This document shows, piece after piece, positions 1 to 13,329 of a DNA stretch of 64,000 bases; position 1 is the first letter of the stretch; every line of letters starts with the position of its first letter. Position numbers and translations under genes: made by a program. Origin of the DNA: Octopus vulgaris (lineage: Eukaryota); assembly GCA_951406725.2 (NCBI GenBank), contig OX597823.1:13578001-13642000 (forward strand). The letters run 5' to 3'. A model generated the notes under the pieces. It did no database searches, was not told where the DNA came from, and saw only the letters and a list, made by a program, of their open reading frames with translations.

Positions 1-70
1 AGAAAAAGGAAATGAAACGACATAGGAAAAGATTGTGATTGGAGTAACAATCTAAATAAATGTACAAACC

Positions 71-485
71 TATTTCTTTACTACCCACAAGGGGCTAAAC
101 ACAGAGGGAACCAACAAGGACAGACATAGGTATTAAGTCGATTACATCGACCCCAGTGCGTAACTGGTACTTAATTTATCGACCCCGAAAGGATGAAAGG
201 CAAAGTCGACCTCGGCGGAATTTGAACACACAACGTAACGCAGACGAAATACCTATTTCTTTATTACCCACAAGGGACTAAACACAGAGGGGACAAAGAA
301 GGACAGACATAGGTATTAAGTCGATTACATCGACCCCAGTGCTTAAGTGGTACTTAATTAATCGACCCCGAAAGGATGAAAGGCAAAGTCAACGTCGGCG
401 GAATTTGAACTCACAACGTAACGACAGACGAAATACCGCTAAGCATTTCGCCCGGCGTGCTAACGTTTCTGCCAGCTCGCCGCCT
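71..485 (-). mobile_element. SINE family B dimer (tRNA-derived head plus two ~183-bp body/tail units)
   Basis: Minus strand has A-box-like TGGCAGAAACGTTAG, B-box GAGTTCAAATTCC and central GCCTTTCATCCTTTCGGGGTCGAT. 13-bp TSD AAATGTACAAACC at 58-70 and 487-499. Confidence 0.9.
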
Positions 486-1180
486 AAAATGTACAAACCG
501 CTTGTCGGCTTATGATACCGAAACTGTTTTTTTTTTTCACTTCAACCGTGAATCAACAAAAGGGGCACTGCACGTGCTGCGAAAATTTCCCAGCCCCACC
601 CCCACCATAATGTATCGAAATGCTTTTGATATATTATGGTCTGTCGTGTCTGGCATGATAGTAAATAAAAATTGAGCCTATTACACATAACGACTTAGCG
701 ACATAAATGTTTTCACTTCACCCGACCGTATTTCAACCAATATTATTTCGAAAGCAGTCTACGCCAAAAAAAGCCCTATGACATTCAAGCGGTACCTGAA
801 CATGTTCACCCAAGAAATATCAGCCAAATCTCCAACATCCGGATATTTCGGAAAACAGTTAATCTCTCCTCGAAGATGTGGTGATGCGCTAAAATATTAC
901 TTAAAAAGCGCTGTTATTTAGCTAAACATGGCCTCGACCAATAACGACCAAGACCTAAACCGTATAACTGATGACTAGAAGTAGTGTCAATTTCTCAATA
1001 CGACGAGGATTATACACTAAAATTACTAAACACTAGTTTTTATGTTTACTGGTAGACATTATTGTTGTTCATCTATAGAGCGATTTCGATTTCACAAGTA
1101 CCAATTGGACTTTGCTTCGATTAAGCATATCCGAAGTTTTGACTCGTAGTTGCCAAGATCAGTTTACATTATCATTATTA

Positions 1181-1580
1181 GGGTGGTAAGAAGCTTGCTT
1201 ACCAACCAAATGGTTCCGGGTTCAGTCCCATTGCGTGGCACCTTGGGCGAGTTTCTTCTACTATAGCCTCGGGCCGACCAAAGCCTTGTGAGTGAATTTG
1301 GTAGACGGAATCTGAAAGAAGCCCGTCGTATATATGTATATATATATATATGTGTGTGTGTATGTTTGTGTGTCTGTGTTTGTCTCCGCAACATCGCTTG
1401 ACAGCCGATGCTGGTGTTTATGTGTCTCGTAACTTAGCGGCTTGGCAAAAGACCCCGATAGAATAAGTACTAGGCTTACAAAGAATAAGTTTTGGGGTAT
1501 TTGCTCGACTAAAGGCGGTGCTCCAGCATGGCCACAGTAAAATGACTGAAACAAGTAAAAGACTAAAAGAAAATTAAAAG
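1181..1580 (+). mobile_element. SINE family A (tRNA head, CORE-like motif, internal TA/TG microsatellite)
   Basis: GGTTCAGTCCC B-box-like, GTGGCACCTTGGGC CORE-like motif, tail ATGACTGAAACAAGTAAAAGA; many homologous copies in window. Confidence 0.9.
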
Positions 1581-2009
1581 AATGATCCAGTCCGACTTCA
1601 CTTTCCCTTAACGCAAAAGTATTATCAATTCGTTTGAATTTTAGATCTCCATACTTTAAAAATGATGGCCTTTACGTGCGGTGTTCACTATGCATTATTA
1701 GTTAACGACGTTAGTTGGACTAGAATGGAGACAATAAAAACACGTTACGGGGTTTCAGAACCTACTAAACATAGTAGAAGAATTCGCCATCCACGTACAT
1801 ATTTTTGGCATGGAAAGGGAGGGATGCCGTCACAAAAATATCAAGATCGATATCCATCACATCTTGCTGATACAATATTTCCATCACTGCTTGCAACACA
1901 ACATCATATGCATTTTTAACCACTCTGAGTATGATGTGCGCCAATAAGGGGTTATTAAACTTACCAAAAATCGTAGTTGAATATACCTCAAACGAAATCC
2001 TACTGCTTT

Positions 2010-2011
2010 TC

Positions 2012-2045
<34 letters not shown>

Positions 2046-2107
2046 GTTTCGTGTGTGTATATATGAATGTACTGCATACTATATGCATTTATATGTGTGT
2101 CTGAGGG

Positions 2108-2196
<89 letters not shown>

Positions 2197-2204
2197 ACAT
2201 ATAT

Positions 2205-2252
<48 letters not shown>

Positions 2253-2271
2253 GTATGTATATATAAATGTA

Positions 2272-2345
<74 letters not shown>
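2010..2345. repeat. (TA)n/(TATG)n compound microsatellite
   Basis: Direct reading. Confidence 0.95.
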
Positions 2346-2369
2346 CTGCATACAGTAACAGTAATACCA

Positions 2370-2592
2370 ATAGCTGTTACTCATTTAAAGACTAGGTCAG
2401 TATCAGTATATTTGGCGAGGAAGCCCCAGGAGATTACATCGAACGCTGTACTTGAGTGGTATTTCACTTTATTTCCTTTATGGCGGAAGAGATTAATGGC
2501 AAAGCTGATTCCGTCGGATTTGAATTTAGAGTGTAAACAGCTGGAAGAAATACCACAAGGTATTTTCTAACTGTTCTGCCAAATCACCGTCT
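2370..2592 (-). mobile_element. Degenerate SINE family B copy
   Basis: GATTACATCGA, GGCAAAG..CGGATTTGAA, GAAATACC, TTCTGCC remnants collinear with family B. Confidence 0.55.
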
Positions 2593-3120
2593 TAATGAAC
2601 AATGACAGTCACAATAAAAAATCTTATATCCGAAAGGAGAACATCATAAAGCTGAAACATGGAAAAGGTAATTCGGAAATGATAGAGTTACACTGGAATG
2701 TAGTATCTCGTAGTTGTGATTAACAAACGTAGTTGTAAATAACGAAACTGGATTGTGGTTTGAGGGAATGTATTTTATATTTGTCACATGTCGCCGTTCA
2801 CATTATCTGTGCTGATGAAGCATGTACAGCTGCAAATCACACCAATTATTGCGGTTTTAGCTGACACATGTCAGGCGTCTCTCAGGTTTACATAGCGAAT
2901 TTATTGACAAATAGCTGGAGATTCTGTGCACACAATGAAACAGCAATTACACTCACACAACGCACTCATGTAAATAACCAACCGTACATACAAACACGAG
3001 CGTCCACATTTCAACACATACGTATAACCGTATTTATGTATATGTACGAGTGTGTGGGCACGTGGGTTGCATAGGGGCGAAGCTGTGCATATATGCATAC
3101 ACGTACCCACACACGCATAC

Positions 3121-3164
<44 letters not shown>

Positions 3165-3469
3165 ATTCATATGTGCATATGCATGCACACACACACGTGT
3201 TCATGCATACGCATATATATTCACATACACATATATATATATATTGTCAGGACCTAAAACACCGAGAATCAAAACAATAGTGTGAATATTCATTCTTAAC
3301 ACTTTTCAGCATATTTGAATGTCAATATGCTAATCGATGTTGTATTTCGCCTTCGGAGAATACCATCTCACTTAGGTTTCAGAGACAGAGAAGGACTTTG
3401 AGATATCGGTGTTCCGACATGATTGTGTCTCTTCCGATTAAATTACTACCGGAACTCTGAATCACACAA

Positions 3470-3784
<315 letters not shown>

Positions 3785-3785
3785 C

Positions 3786-3939
3786 GAGTGGCTGTGTGTT
3801 AAGTACCTTGCTTACGAACCACATGTTTCCGGGCTCAGTCCCACCGTGTGGCACCTGGGCAAGTGTCTTCTACAATAGCCTCGGGCCAACCAAAGACTTG
3901 TAAGTGGATTTGGTAGACGGAAACTGAAAGAAGCATGTT

Positions 3940-3976
<37 letters not shown>

Positions 3977-4205
3977 CGTGTGTGTGTATTTGTGTGTGTG
4001 TATGTTTGTGTCTCTGTATTTGTCCCCCCTACGAACATCGCTGGACAACCGATGTTGGTGTGTTTACGTTCTTGTAACTTAACTGTACGGCCCAAGAGAC
4101 CGATAGAATAAGTACTAGGCTTACAAAAATAAGTACTGAGTCGATTTATTCGACTGACGGTAGCATGAATGTAGTCAAAAGACTGAAGTGTGTGAAAGAA
4201 TAAAA

Positions 4206-4207
<2 letters not shown>
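3786..4207 (+). mobile_element. SINE family A
   Basis: GAGTGGCTGTGTG head through GACTGAA..GAATAAAAGAA tail. Confidence 0.85.
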
Positions 4208-4283
<76 letters not shown>

Positions 4284-4374
4284 CTATACATTTATATACC
4301 TATATATATATATATATATATATATATTACATACATATATTATACATACCTATATATACATATATATATATATA

Positions 4375-5045
4375 CATGATGGCTGCCCCTCGTTATCGAA
4401 TATGGCCATTGCACGAAGCTTAACTGTTCTTGATGCTGTGATCGAATGTGACTTTTATTTGCGTTTTAAGGCTACAGCCAGCCATTCAGTTGAGACTCAC
4501 AGCACCATCAACAATCATGAACAATGTTGTTATCGTGCAATGCCTGTGCAAGAAGATTTTTTAAAGTGAGGAAAGGCTGTGCACTGAGTCAATCCCACTC
4601 ACTAAGCAACAGCAGCCATAATCCGAAAAGAAGAACAAGTCAACATCATCGGTAACCACTGAGCCGCAGGTTTTATGTCGGAGTTATCCCAGTTACCTGA
4701 GTTACCTTCTCCTAGAAGGATGCCCTAACAAAGGCTAGGAGTCCTTCACTCCCAATGGTTTAACCGCGCGATCGGGTATTCAGTCCGGTTATTTCTATGT
4801 CCCCGCGCATGATACAGCCTTAAGCCTTAAGAAAAAAAGAAAATACACATTTATCGGATAGCCGTTGACTCTCAAGAGTTCATCCGCCCTTTGACAGGCT
4901 TTGTTTTTCATCCCGCAGGGTGTCCAATAATCACCCTCCTCACCAAGTAAGGTTGGTGGGGTTGCAGGTTTAGTCGCCGACAGCCCCACCGTGCAATAGG
5001 TTGTACTGGGTTACATGTTACCAGTAGCACTCGAAAGTGACTTGA
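4375..5045 (-). mobile_element. Probable non-coding LINE (RTE-like) UTR-derived element between TA arrays
   Basis: GC-richer block bounded by (TA)n. The TTCTCCTAGA..GCCCTAACAAAGGCTA segment resembles RTE 5' UTR sequence from memory only; no ORF. Confidence 0.35.
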
Positions 5046-5072
5046 CATACATATATATATATACATACATAC

Positions 5073-5141
<69 letters not shown>

Positions 5142-5284
5142 ACTTATAAATAAGGGCAAATGAAAAAATTTCTAATGCCAAATATGCCGAAACTAGACAC
5201 ATTGTCCTTAACCATATAATTTATCACAATAAGCACGGTACTCGAGAAAGGTCGACAGAAATTTCTAAAAAGTTCCGTTATTAC

Positions 5285-5340
5285 CATATCGGATCGATTT
5301 CAGATTTAATTCATAAGAACTCTCCCTTCGTCAGTGATAA
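5285..5340 (-). ncRNA. Type I hammerhead ribozyme motif (weak stems)
   Basis: Minus: ttatca CTGACGA ag..ct GAAA TCGA TC cgata. Core intact, palindromic stem III ATCGAT, about 4-bp stem I. Confidence 0.5.
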
Positions 5341-6689
5341 ATGCGGCAAAGAAATATATATAATATATATATATATATTTGTGGTAACGACAGGTGATAC
5401 TTCGTGTCATGCACGGGAAATCTGTCAATTGAATTCTATATTATTCTCCAATTTGTATTTAGCAGGGCATATATCATGTTCATGCTCACAGTCTTAGAAT
5501 CTTTTCAGCCGGTGCGAATATTTAGACGTGTCCTTTTGGGCTGGTAGGTAGACAGGTATGTATCAGTAGTTTAGTTAATATTTGATTTTACTTGATTTAA
5601 TCCCTTGTTTTGAGAATGTAAAGATCAAGGTGTAACAACTTGGTCCAGTATCTGAAGTTTACAGCTTCTGAACATCAAAGCAGAAATAGTTTTTATACTA
5701 ACAGTATCATGACATGCCCTACTAATAACCCCCACCTTCCAAATATAAACGGAAAATATATTATATAACAAGTAAGGAAACTGACCTGATTTAATATATC
5801 ACCGACTTTCTTTCTTTTGTGAATCCCTAAAATATACCATTACAAACATGTTAAGAATAGTGAATTTGTATTCTACAAATATATAGAGTATCCAATCAGA
5901 TCAATGTAAAATTGTTTCTAATATAACGGATAATAAAAATAAACATTAGCATATATATGTATATATATATATTACATATAGAAAAATACATAAAAATACA
6001 AACTGGGACAAGAACGTAAAACATTTAGAAGACGATACAAAAAACACGGACGGGACATTCGAAGCCTTCAATCTTCAGTCAAGAACCGGATCATCCTAGC
6101 AATTTCGGCTGATTAATCTGTGAGATCGCTCCGATCCGGCCAGTCCCAAGGAAAAACTAAGCTACGAGCATTAGATTTCTTAGAAGAAGGATCGAATGTA
6201 TACGAAACAGGGACAGAAAAACGGACGATGTCACACGAATATAAAATACAAAAAACAATAATGGTAAAAACAGGACAAAAACAGCGGGTGTCTTACGACT
6301 AATAAACAGTACAACAAGTTTAGCTGGCGTATTTTGAAAAAATGCCTTTATATACGTATATGTATGTATATGTTCATACACGTATGTATATATGTTGTAT
6401 GTATATATGTATGTATGTGTGTATGGATGTATGTGTGCCTGAATGTATGTATGTATGTATGTATGTATGTGAGAGAGATTAAAATAATCACAAGTATATA
6501 TTAATTCCTACGTACGTTTCTCTGTAACTGTTTCTACAAACCCTCCTTTGGGCAATTCAACTGCATGTGGAACTAATGATATAAGCTTGTGTTAATCTTG
6601 ATCTGCATTTCATAACTAATAATACTCCTTAGTAGAGGACTTACTTAACTACTCTACTGATAGCAAATCAGAGTATTATGATGTATTAA

Positions 6690-6890
6690 CGCGCTAAGCT
6701 GGCAGAATTGTTAGCATGCCGGACAAATTGCTTAACGTCATTTCGTCCGTTTGAGTTCAAATTCCGCCGAGGTCGACTTTACATTTCATCCTTTCGGGGT
6801 CTGTAAAATAAATATCTTCGAGAACTGTGTTGTAATCAACTTAGCTACTCGTCCGAAATTGCTGGCCTTGTGCAAAAATTTGAAATCAAT
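6690..6890 (+). mobile_element. SINE family B monomer (alternative tail)
   Basis: AGCTGGCAGAATTGTTAGC head, GAGTTCAAATTCCGCCGAGGTCGAC, CATCCTTTCGGGG. Confidence 0.8.
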
Positions 6891-7008
6891 ATTATATGTG
6901 GAGTTCTTAATGTAGCAGTAGCTCTCATACATCTATTTATGCACATCAAATATACCACACGAGTGGGTGCGCATGTATCTGAGTGTGCGTGTTTCTTTGT
7001 GTGTGTGT

Positions 7009-7057
<49 letters not shown>

Positions 7058-8027
7058 TGTGTGTGCGTGTGTGTGTGTAAGTGCCTGTGTGTGTGCGCGT
7101 GTGCTCGTATATATATGTACATATATGCGTTTGAGGCGTTAGTGTAGTTTTACACATGTGCGTGTGTTCATATTTGTAACGTAATTCTCTGAAGTCACCG
7201 CTAGCTCAATTCACTTCTCACCAGACACACACATGTATGCACTCTACCACAGTAAAATCTACCATTGAACCCTAGACAAAGGACCTGATACTACACACCT
7301 ATCACAATACAAACTGCGCCATTCACTACTCTATGTCCCTGATGACATGAACTTCAAATGAAAAATACACCTGCCAAAACGCTACTTTAAATCCCATTTG
7401 AAATGCCTTCTTAAATAACAGAATTTTTCATCCATGTGAATGTAGCCAAATTACCATTCTTAAATACAAATCACATTTATCTGCATTTATATCTTCTACA
7501 GCCAAAGAACTCTGTCCAAACTTAGATGTAGACAGATGCGCACACACACACATACACACACACACACACTTACACGCACATACACATACACATACACATA
7601 CCACTTCCATGTACATGTCAACTCAAACACTCACAAACACACGTGCACTTGTCCATACATATACACTCCCCCTACAGAGAAATATACACACGAAATTTTA
7701 CTCACATGCACTACCTTTATGAAGATATAAAAATACAAAAATAAACCCAGACAGTCCCCACCGTCGAGAAACCCATATGCTCGACATTACGTGGCAAACA
7801 GTTGAAAGCCAAATACAGCTCTTATAAATACAATATTTATCTCTTACTCTTTCACTTGTCTGTGTATTATCGCTCCAGGGTGAAACAGACGGCCAATGTA
7901 AGACATTGAATTTTTCCATTCTTACAATTGAATACATATGTATTGTTTACTCTCTTCAAGGTAATATCCGCTGTTATACGTTATATGTCGAAATAACTTG
8001 TGTGTGTGTGTGTGTATATATATATAT

Positions 8028-8443
8028 ACTCTTTACTCTTTTACTCTTTTACTTGTTTCAGTCATTTGACTGCGGCCATGCTGGAGCACCGCCTTTAATC
8101 GAGCAACTCGACCCCGGGACTTATTCTTTTGTAAGCCCAGTACTTATTCTATCGGTCTCTTTTGCCGAACCGCTAAGTAACGGGGACATAAACACACCAG
8201 CATCGGTTGTCAAGCAATGCTAGGGGACAAACAGACACACAAACACACACACGCATATCTATATATATATACATATATACGACAGGCTTCTTTCAGTTTC
8301 CGTCTACCAAATCCACTCACAAGGCTTTGGTCGGCCCGAGGCTATAGTAGAAAACACTTGCCCAAGGTGCCACGCAGTGGGACTGAACCCGGAACCATGT
8401 GGTCGGTAGACAAGCTACTTACCACACAGCCACTCCTGCGCCT
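8028..8443 (-). mobile_element. SINE family A, near-consensus
   Basis: Full head AGGCGCAGGAGTGGCTGTGTGG to (AGTAAAAG)n tail on the minus strand. Confidence 0.92.
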
Positions 8444-8480
8444 ATATATATATCTTGAAGTCTAAACAAGCATTGATATT

Positions 8481-9065
8481 CTCTTTACTACTCTAGGCAC
8501 AAGCCCCGAAATTTTGGGGGGAGGGAGCTAGTCGATTATATCAACCCCAGTACGCAACTGATACTTAATTTATCAACCCCGAATGGATGAAAGGCAAGGT
8601 CGACGTCGGCTGAATTCAAACTCAAATCGGGAAGACAGACAAAATACCTATTACTTTACTACCCACAAGGGACTAAACACAGAGAGGACAAACAAGGACG
8701 GACAAATAGATTAAGTTGATTATATCGACCCCAGTGCGTAACTGGTACTTATTTAATCAACCCCGAATGGATGAAAGGCAAGGTCGACGTCGGCTGAATT
8801 CAAACTCAAATCGGGAAGACAGACAAAATACCTATTACTTTACTACCCACAAGGGACTAAACACAGAGAGGACAAACAAGGACGGACAAATAGATTAAGT
8901 TGATTATATCGACCCCAGTGCGTAACTGGTACTTATTTAATCGACCCCGAAAGGATGAAAGGCAAAGTCGACCTCGGCGGAATTTAAACTCAAACCGCGA
9001 AGACAGACGAAATACCGCTAAGCATTTCGCCCGGCGTGCTAGCGATTCTACCAGCTCGCCGCCTT
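8481..9065 (-). mobile_element. SINE family B trimer
   Basis: One head, three units, the 3'-most unit with the alternative GTGCCTAGAGTAG tail. TSD ACAAG(C/T)ATTGATATT at 8466-8480 and 9066-9080. Confidence 0.9.
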
Positions 9066-9080
9066 ACAAGTATTGATATT

Positions 9081-9170
9081 ATGAATGCATTTTATACGTA
9101 CGTTTCAGATAGTTATACAATAAATAAAAAGGCTATCTCATGTCGTTCCCCGAATCTTCCTCAGTTCAGA
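9081..9170 (-). ncRNA. Type I hammerhead ribozyme motif
   Basis: Minus: CTGAGGA agat..43 nt..atct GAAAC GTAC GTA. Intact core, palindromic stem III, GUA triplet; stem I weak. Confidence 0.55.
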
Positions 9171-9240
9171 CGTATAAAAATACGAAATTGAATGAGTTCG
9201 CCCTACATATATGTTACAGCAGTCTAAGTTAACTACAACA

Positions 9241-9275
<35 letters not shown>

Positions 9276-9689
9276 GTGTATGTGTTTGTGTGTTTATATA
9301 TTTTATATGTGTATGTATACATCTTACATCTATAAATACAGATATGTGTATACATATGTGTGTGTGTATGTGTGCACATAAGTATGTACGTGTGTGTGTG
9401 TGTGTTTATATACGAGGATAATAGACGTATATTAATGTCGCTGTGAACAAACCAGATGTGCTTTGTCATTTACGAGATAAGGCTTTTGTCACTTCTCACT
9501 TAGATATATTGATACGAATATATCTGATAGAAAACGCTGGAATTAAAATAACATCATAGAAGCAGAAAGAAAGAAAAGCTGAATGCGAATGCGACATAAG
9601 TAAGAAGGTGGAAATTGCGATTATTCATTTGATTTACTCAAAGTTTCTGTCTGAGTGTTATGACTTTAATCTTTTATAACTTTTATCTC

Positions 9690-9900
9690 TTAGTTGTTTC
9701 AGTGATTAGACCGCAGCCATGCTGAGGCACCGGCTTCGAGAGTTCTTAATGCTTCTTTTAATTGTTTGAAGTTTTGTGCTTATCTTATCGATCTCTTCTG
9801 CCAAGCATCTATTTTGCAGGGACGTAAACACACCAATACCTGTCTCAAACGGCGGTGAAGCACAGACGAACAGACACAGAAACAAAGACACATATGCACA
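9690..9900 (-). mobile_element. SINE family A, 3' part, degenerate
   Basis: GTTTCAGT..GCAGCCATGCTG, GGACGTAAACACACCA. Confidence 0.65.
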
Positions 9901-9954
9901 CACATACAGAAATATACGAGCATACACGAATACACATATGTATATATACCTATA

Positions 9955-10178
9955 CAGTAATCTCTCGCCATATCGCGGTTCAACTATCGCGGTTTATTAT
10001 TTAAACTTACTTCGATTCCTCCGTAGTGTTGATTTCCATTTATAATAAAATAAATATATACAGCTTATAAAAATAATTTTTAAAAAATATGCAGTACAGT
10101 ACTGTTTCCACTTCGCGGATCTTCACCTATCACGGGGGATTTTAGAACGAAACACCCGCGATAGTCAAGGGATTACTG
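9955..10178. mobile_element. Tc1/pogo-type MITE
   Basis: TIRs CAGTAATCTCTCGCCATATCGCGG / CCGCGATAGTCAAGGGATTACTG, TA on both sides. Confidence 0.8.
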
Positions 10179-10290
10179 TATATATATATGCATGCATGTA
10201 TGTATGCATGTATGTATGTATGTATGTATGTATGTATGTATGTATGTATGTATGTATGTATGTATGTATGTATGTATGTATGTATGTATG

Positions 10291-11045
10291 TAGTAAAATC
10301 TATTTGCCAACGTAGGTTAGCAGTCCTGCGTAGGAACATGTTACTACCTTTTAACTCAAGGAAAACATCTTTTCAAGCTGGTTATCGTCACACGACCTGT
10401 GTCTGAGATATACTGTGAGTGGGGGATCCTACTACTCCTTCATAGCAACTAGCAATGGTTTCTGGGCAATCTCCCATTCTAGGTACTTCACAACCGCCGG
10501 CTAGAGAGAGCAGCTTACTCGACCCTACTCACAGTATGTAAATATAGAAATGACAGACAGTCACGGATCTTGTATTGAGTAAAACATTTAGTTTTAAATA
10601 TCTGAATGAGATCTAAGTAGTAACTATACTGCGTAGTAAAATCTATTTCCCAACGTAAGATGTCAGTCCTGCATAGGAGCATTTACTACCTTTTAACTCA
10701 AGGAAAACATAATTTCCAGGTGGTTATCATCACACGACCTGGGTCGAATAAGCTGCTTTTGCTTGCCAGCAAATGTCCAGCACCAAAGATGAGAAATTAC
10801 CCAGAAAATATTGGTCTGTTCGTGCTGCTAGTTGCTAAGAGGGAGTAGTACGATCCCTTGCTCACAGTAAGTGACAGGGACAGGTTGTGTATCGATAACC
10901 AGCTGGAAAAATTGTTTTCCTGGGGTTAAATGGTAGTAGCATGGTTCTACACAGGATACCATCTCACGTTGGCAAATAGGTTTTGCTATGCAGTATAGTT
11001 ACAACTAAGTTCTTATTCAGAGATTTAAAACAGGCTGTTTTACTC
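10291..11045. repeat. Three diverged copies of an unclassified ~300-bp element (two direct, one inverted)
   Basis: TAGTAAAATCTATTT..TTTTAACTCAAGGAAAACA at 10291 and 10634 (+); reverse complement at 10741-11045. Confidence 0.75.
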
Positions 11046-11299
11046 ATCATGTATATATATATATATATATATATATAGGTTATGAGAGGTAACGGTGTCA
11101 AGAAGACCCAAAGGTGTCAGGTAATGCTGAGTAAGTGCTATGGACAGACTATATTTAAGCTCCAGTTTCGGTGATTATGTGACTGAGGAGTCCAATGTAG
11201 GTCATATACGCATGCTGTATATGACCTATATATATAATATATATATATATAAATATATATATATATTTATGTGAGTGTGTGTGTATGTATATCTATGGG

Positions 11300-11515
11300 G
11301 GTGTCTTATATCTGTGTTTGCCTCCCCACCGTCACCGTTTGACAACCGGTGCTGGTGTGTTTACGTTCCCGAATCTTAACGGTTTGTCAGAATATAGAAT
11401 AAGTGCTAGGCTTAAAAAATTACTCACAGGGTCGATCTTTTCGACTAAAACCCTTCAAAACGGAGCTTAATCATGGCCGCAGTCATTTAACTGAAACAAG
11501 TAAAAGAATAAAAGA
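11300..11515 (+). mobile_element. SINE family A, 3' half
   Basis: TTGACAACCGGTGCTGGTGTGTTTACGT..CTGAAACAAGTAAAAGAAT. Confidence 0.75.
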
Positions 11516-11537
11516 AGATGTGTGCTTATGTGTGTGT

Positions 11538-11589
<52 letters not shown>

Positions 11590-11899
11590 ATGTGTGTGTG
11601 TGTGTGTGCGTGTGAGTGCGTGTGTGTATGTGAGCGTGTAGTGACAGAGGTGGGAATAAAAGAGAGATGTAATGAGGCAAAACGAAAGGAGCAAAGTATT
11701 AGAAAATTGGATATTTGGGCTTACATACTGAGTTCGAATCACAATGTAGTCGATTGTGCTTCTCATTTACCTGTGGATCATTTCGTCAAATAAGGACTGT
11801 GATCAAGAAAGTTAAATCTTCAGCCGACAACCCGCCGCCATACCACTGATTTATTGAGGTTGTGCGTAAACGGAATTCCGATGGAATTATGACGACAAA

Positions 11900-12190
11900 A
11901 GTTCCAGTTAATACAATCAGCTGAACAGCCTGCTCGTCAAATCAACGTGAAAGTGGGTGGGTACTCCACAGACACGGTTACGCTTAACGTAGTTATCGAG
12001 GAGATTCAGCGTGGCACAGAGTGTAACAAGGCTGACCCTTTGAAATACAGGTACTACTCAATTTTGCCAGATGAGTGCACTGCAGCAACGTGAAATAAAG
12101 TGTCTTGTTCAGGGACACAACGCGTCGTCGGGAATTGAACTCATGACCTTACGATAGTGAGGCGAATGCTCCTAACCACTAAGCCACTTG
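11900..12190 (-). mobile_element. tRNA-derived SINE, third family
   Basis: Minus: TGGCTTAGTGGTTAG (A box), GAGTTCAATTCCC (B box), then TTGTGTCCCTGAACAAGACACTTT body. Confidence 0.75.
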
Positions 12191-12707
12191 CAGTTGCTGA
12201 ATTTGTTCGTATATGTGGAAATCAATATCCACATGCGTATACAGCAGTTGCTATATCAAGTCAACAAGAGAACAATCATTAGAAAGATATAAGTTACGAA
12301 AAACTTGATTGGAATATTAACTAAATCTAATGAGCAATTATTCTGCCAATCACAGTTTGGTATGCATTGTAATTTACTGTTTTCGTGTAACGTTTATAGT
12401 TTTAAATTAAATAGCATTAGCGAAAAATCTACAATAACAACATCGACAACATCATCGTCAAAAATAGTATCAACATCATCATCAATTTCGATATCGTTAA
12501 CATCATCATCATCAGCCTCAACGATTTGATGCGCCACCTCATACCATTACCACCTGCGAGTGCAGCATCACCTAGAATTGAAATAATAACAACAGTGTCA
12601 TTATAAATTTCATCAATATCTGTAAAAAGTACAAAAACATCAACAATAAAAACAACTGCTGCAATATCGATAACAATAGCAACAACTACAACAGCATTAT
12701 CAACAGT

Positions 12708-12867
12708 AGGAGTGGCTGTGTGGTAAGTAGCTTGCTTACCAACCACATGGTTCCGAGTTCAGTCCCACTGCGTGACACCTTGGGCAAGTGTCTTCTACTA
12801 TAGCCTCGGGCCGACCAAAGCCTTCTGAGTGGATTTGGTAGACGGAAACTGAAAGAAGCCCGTCGTA

Positions 12868-12928
<61 letters not shown>

Positions 12929-13200
12929 ACATACATATATGTGTGTGTGTGTGTGTGTATGTGTGCGTGTATGTGTGTGTGTGTATGCGTTTGTGTGTCT
13001 GTGTTTGTCTCCCCAACATCGCTTGACATCCGATGCTGGTGTGTTTAACGTCCCCGTAACTTAGCAGTTCGGCAAAAGAGACCGATAGAATAAGTACTAG
13101 GCTTACAAAGAATAAGTCCTGGAGTCGATTTGCTCGACTAAAAGGTGGTGCTCCAGCTTGGCCACAGTCAAATGACTGAAACAAGTAAAAGAGTAAAAGA
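12708..13200 (+). mobile_element. SINE family A
   Basis: Full length with expanded internal TA/TG repeat. Confidence 0.92.
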
Positions 13201-13329
13201 GAGAGAGTATTGATATTTTCAACATCAACAAGCAACATCAGCATCATGATTAACATCTACGTAGCTAACGCTACATTATTAACAAAGTATCTTACTTGAA
13301 ATAGTTCTCCAAGCTAAAACAGAGGACAT

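Noticed and set aside
71-485. CRISPR-like appearance of repeated SINE B units
   Set aside because: Units are ~183-bp SINE bodies without unique spacers; no cas genes; eukaryotic context.
962-1015. CTGATGA enclosed by gtataa/ttatac
   Set aside because: GAAA and the cleavage triplet are missing; too degenerate to call.
12120-12190. Possible tRNA gene (also heads at 25030-25100 and of SINE A/B)
   Set aside because: A/B boxes present but no convincing cloverleaf; continues into a SINE body.
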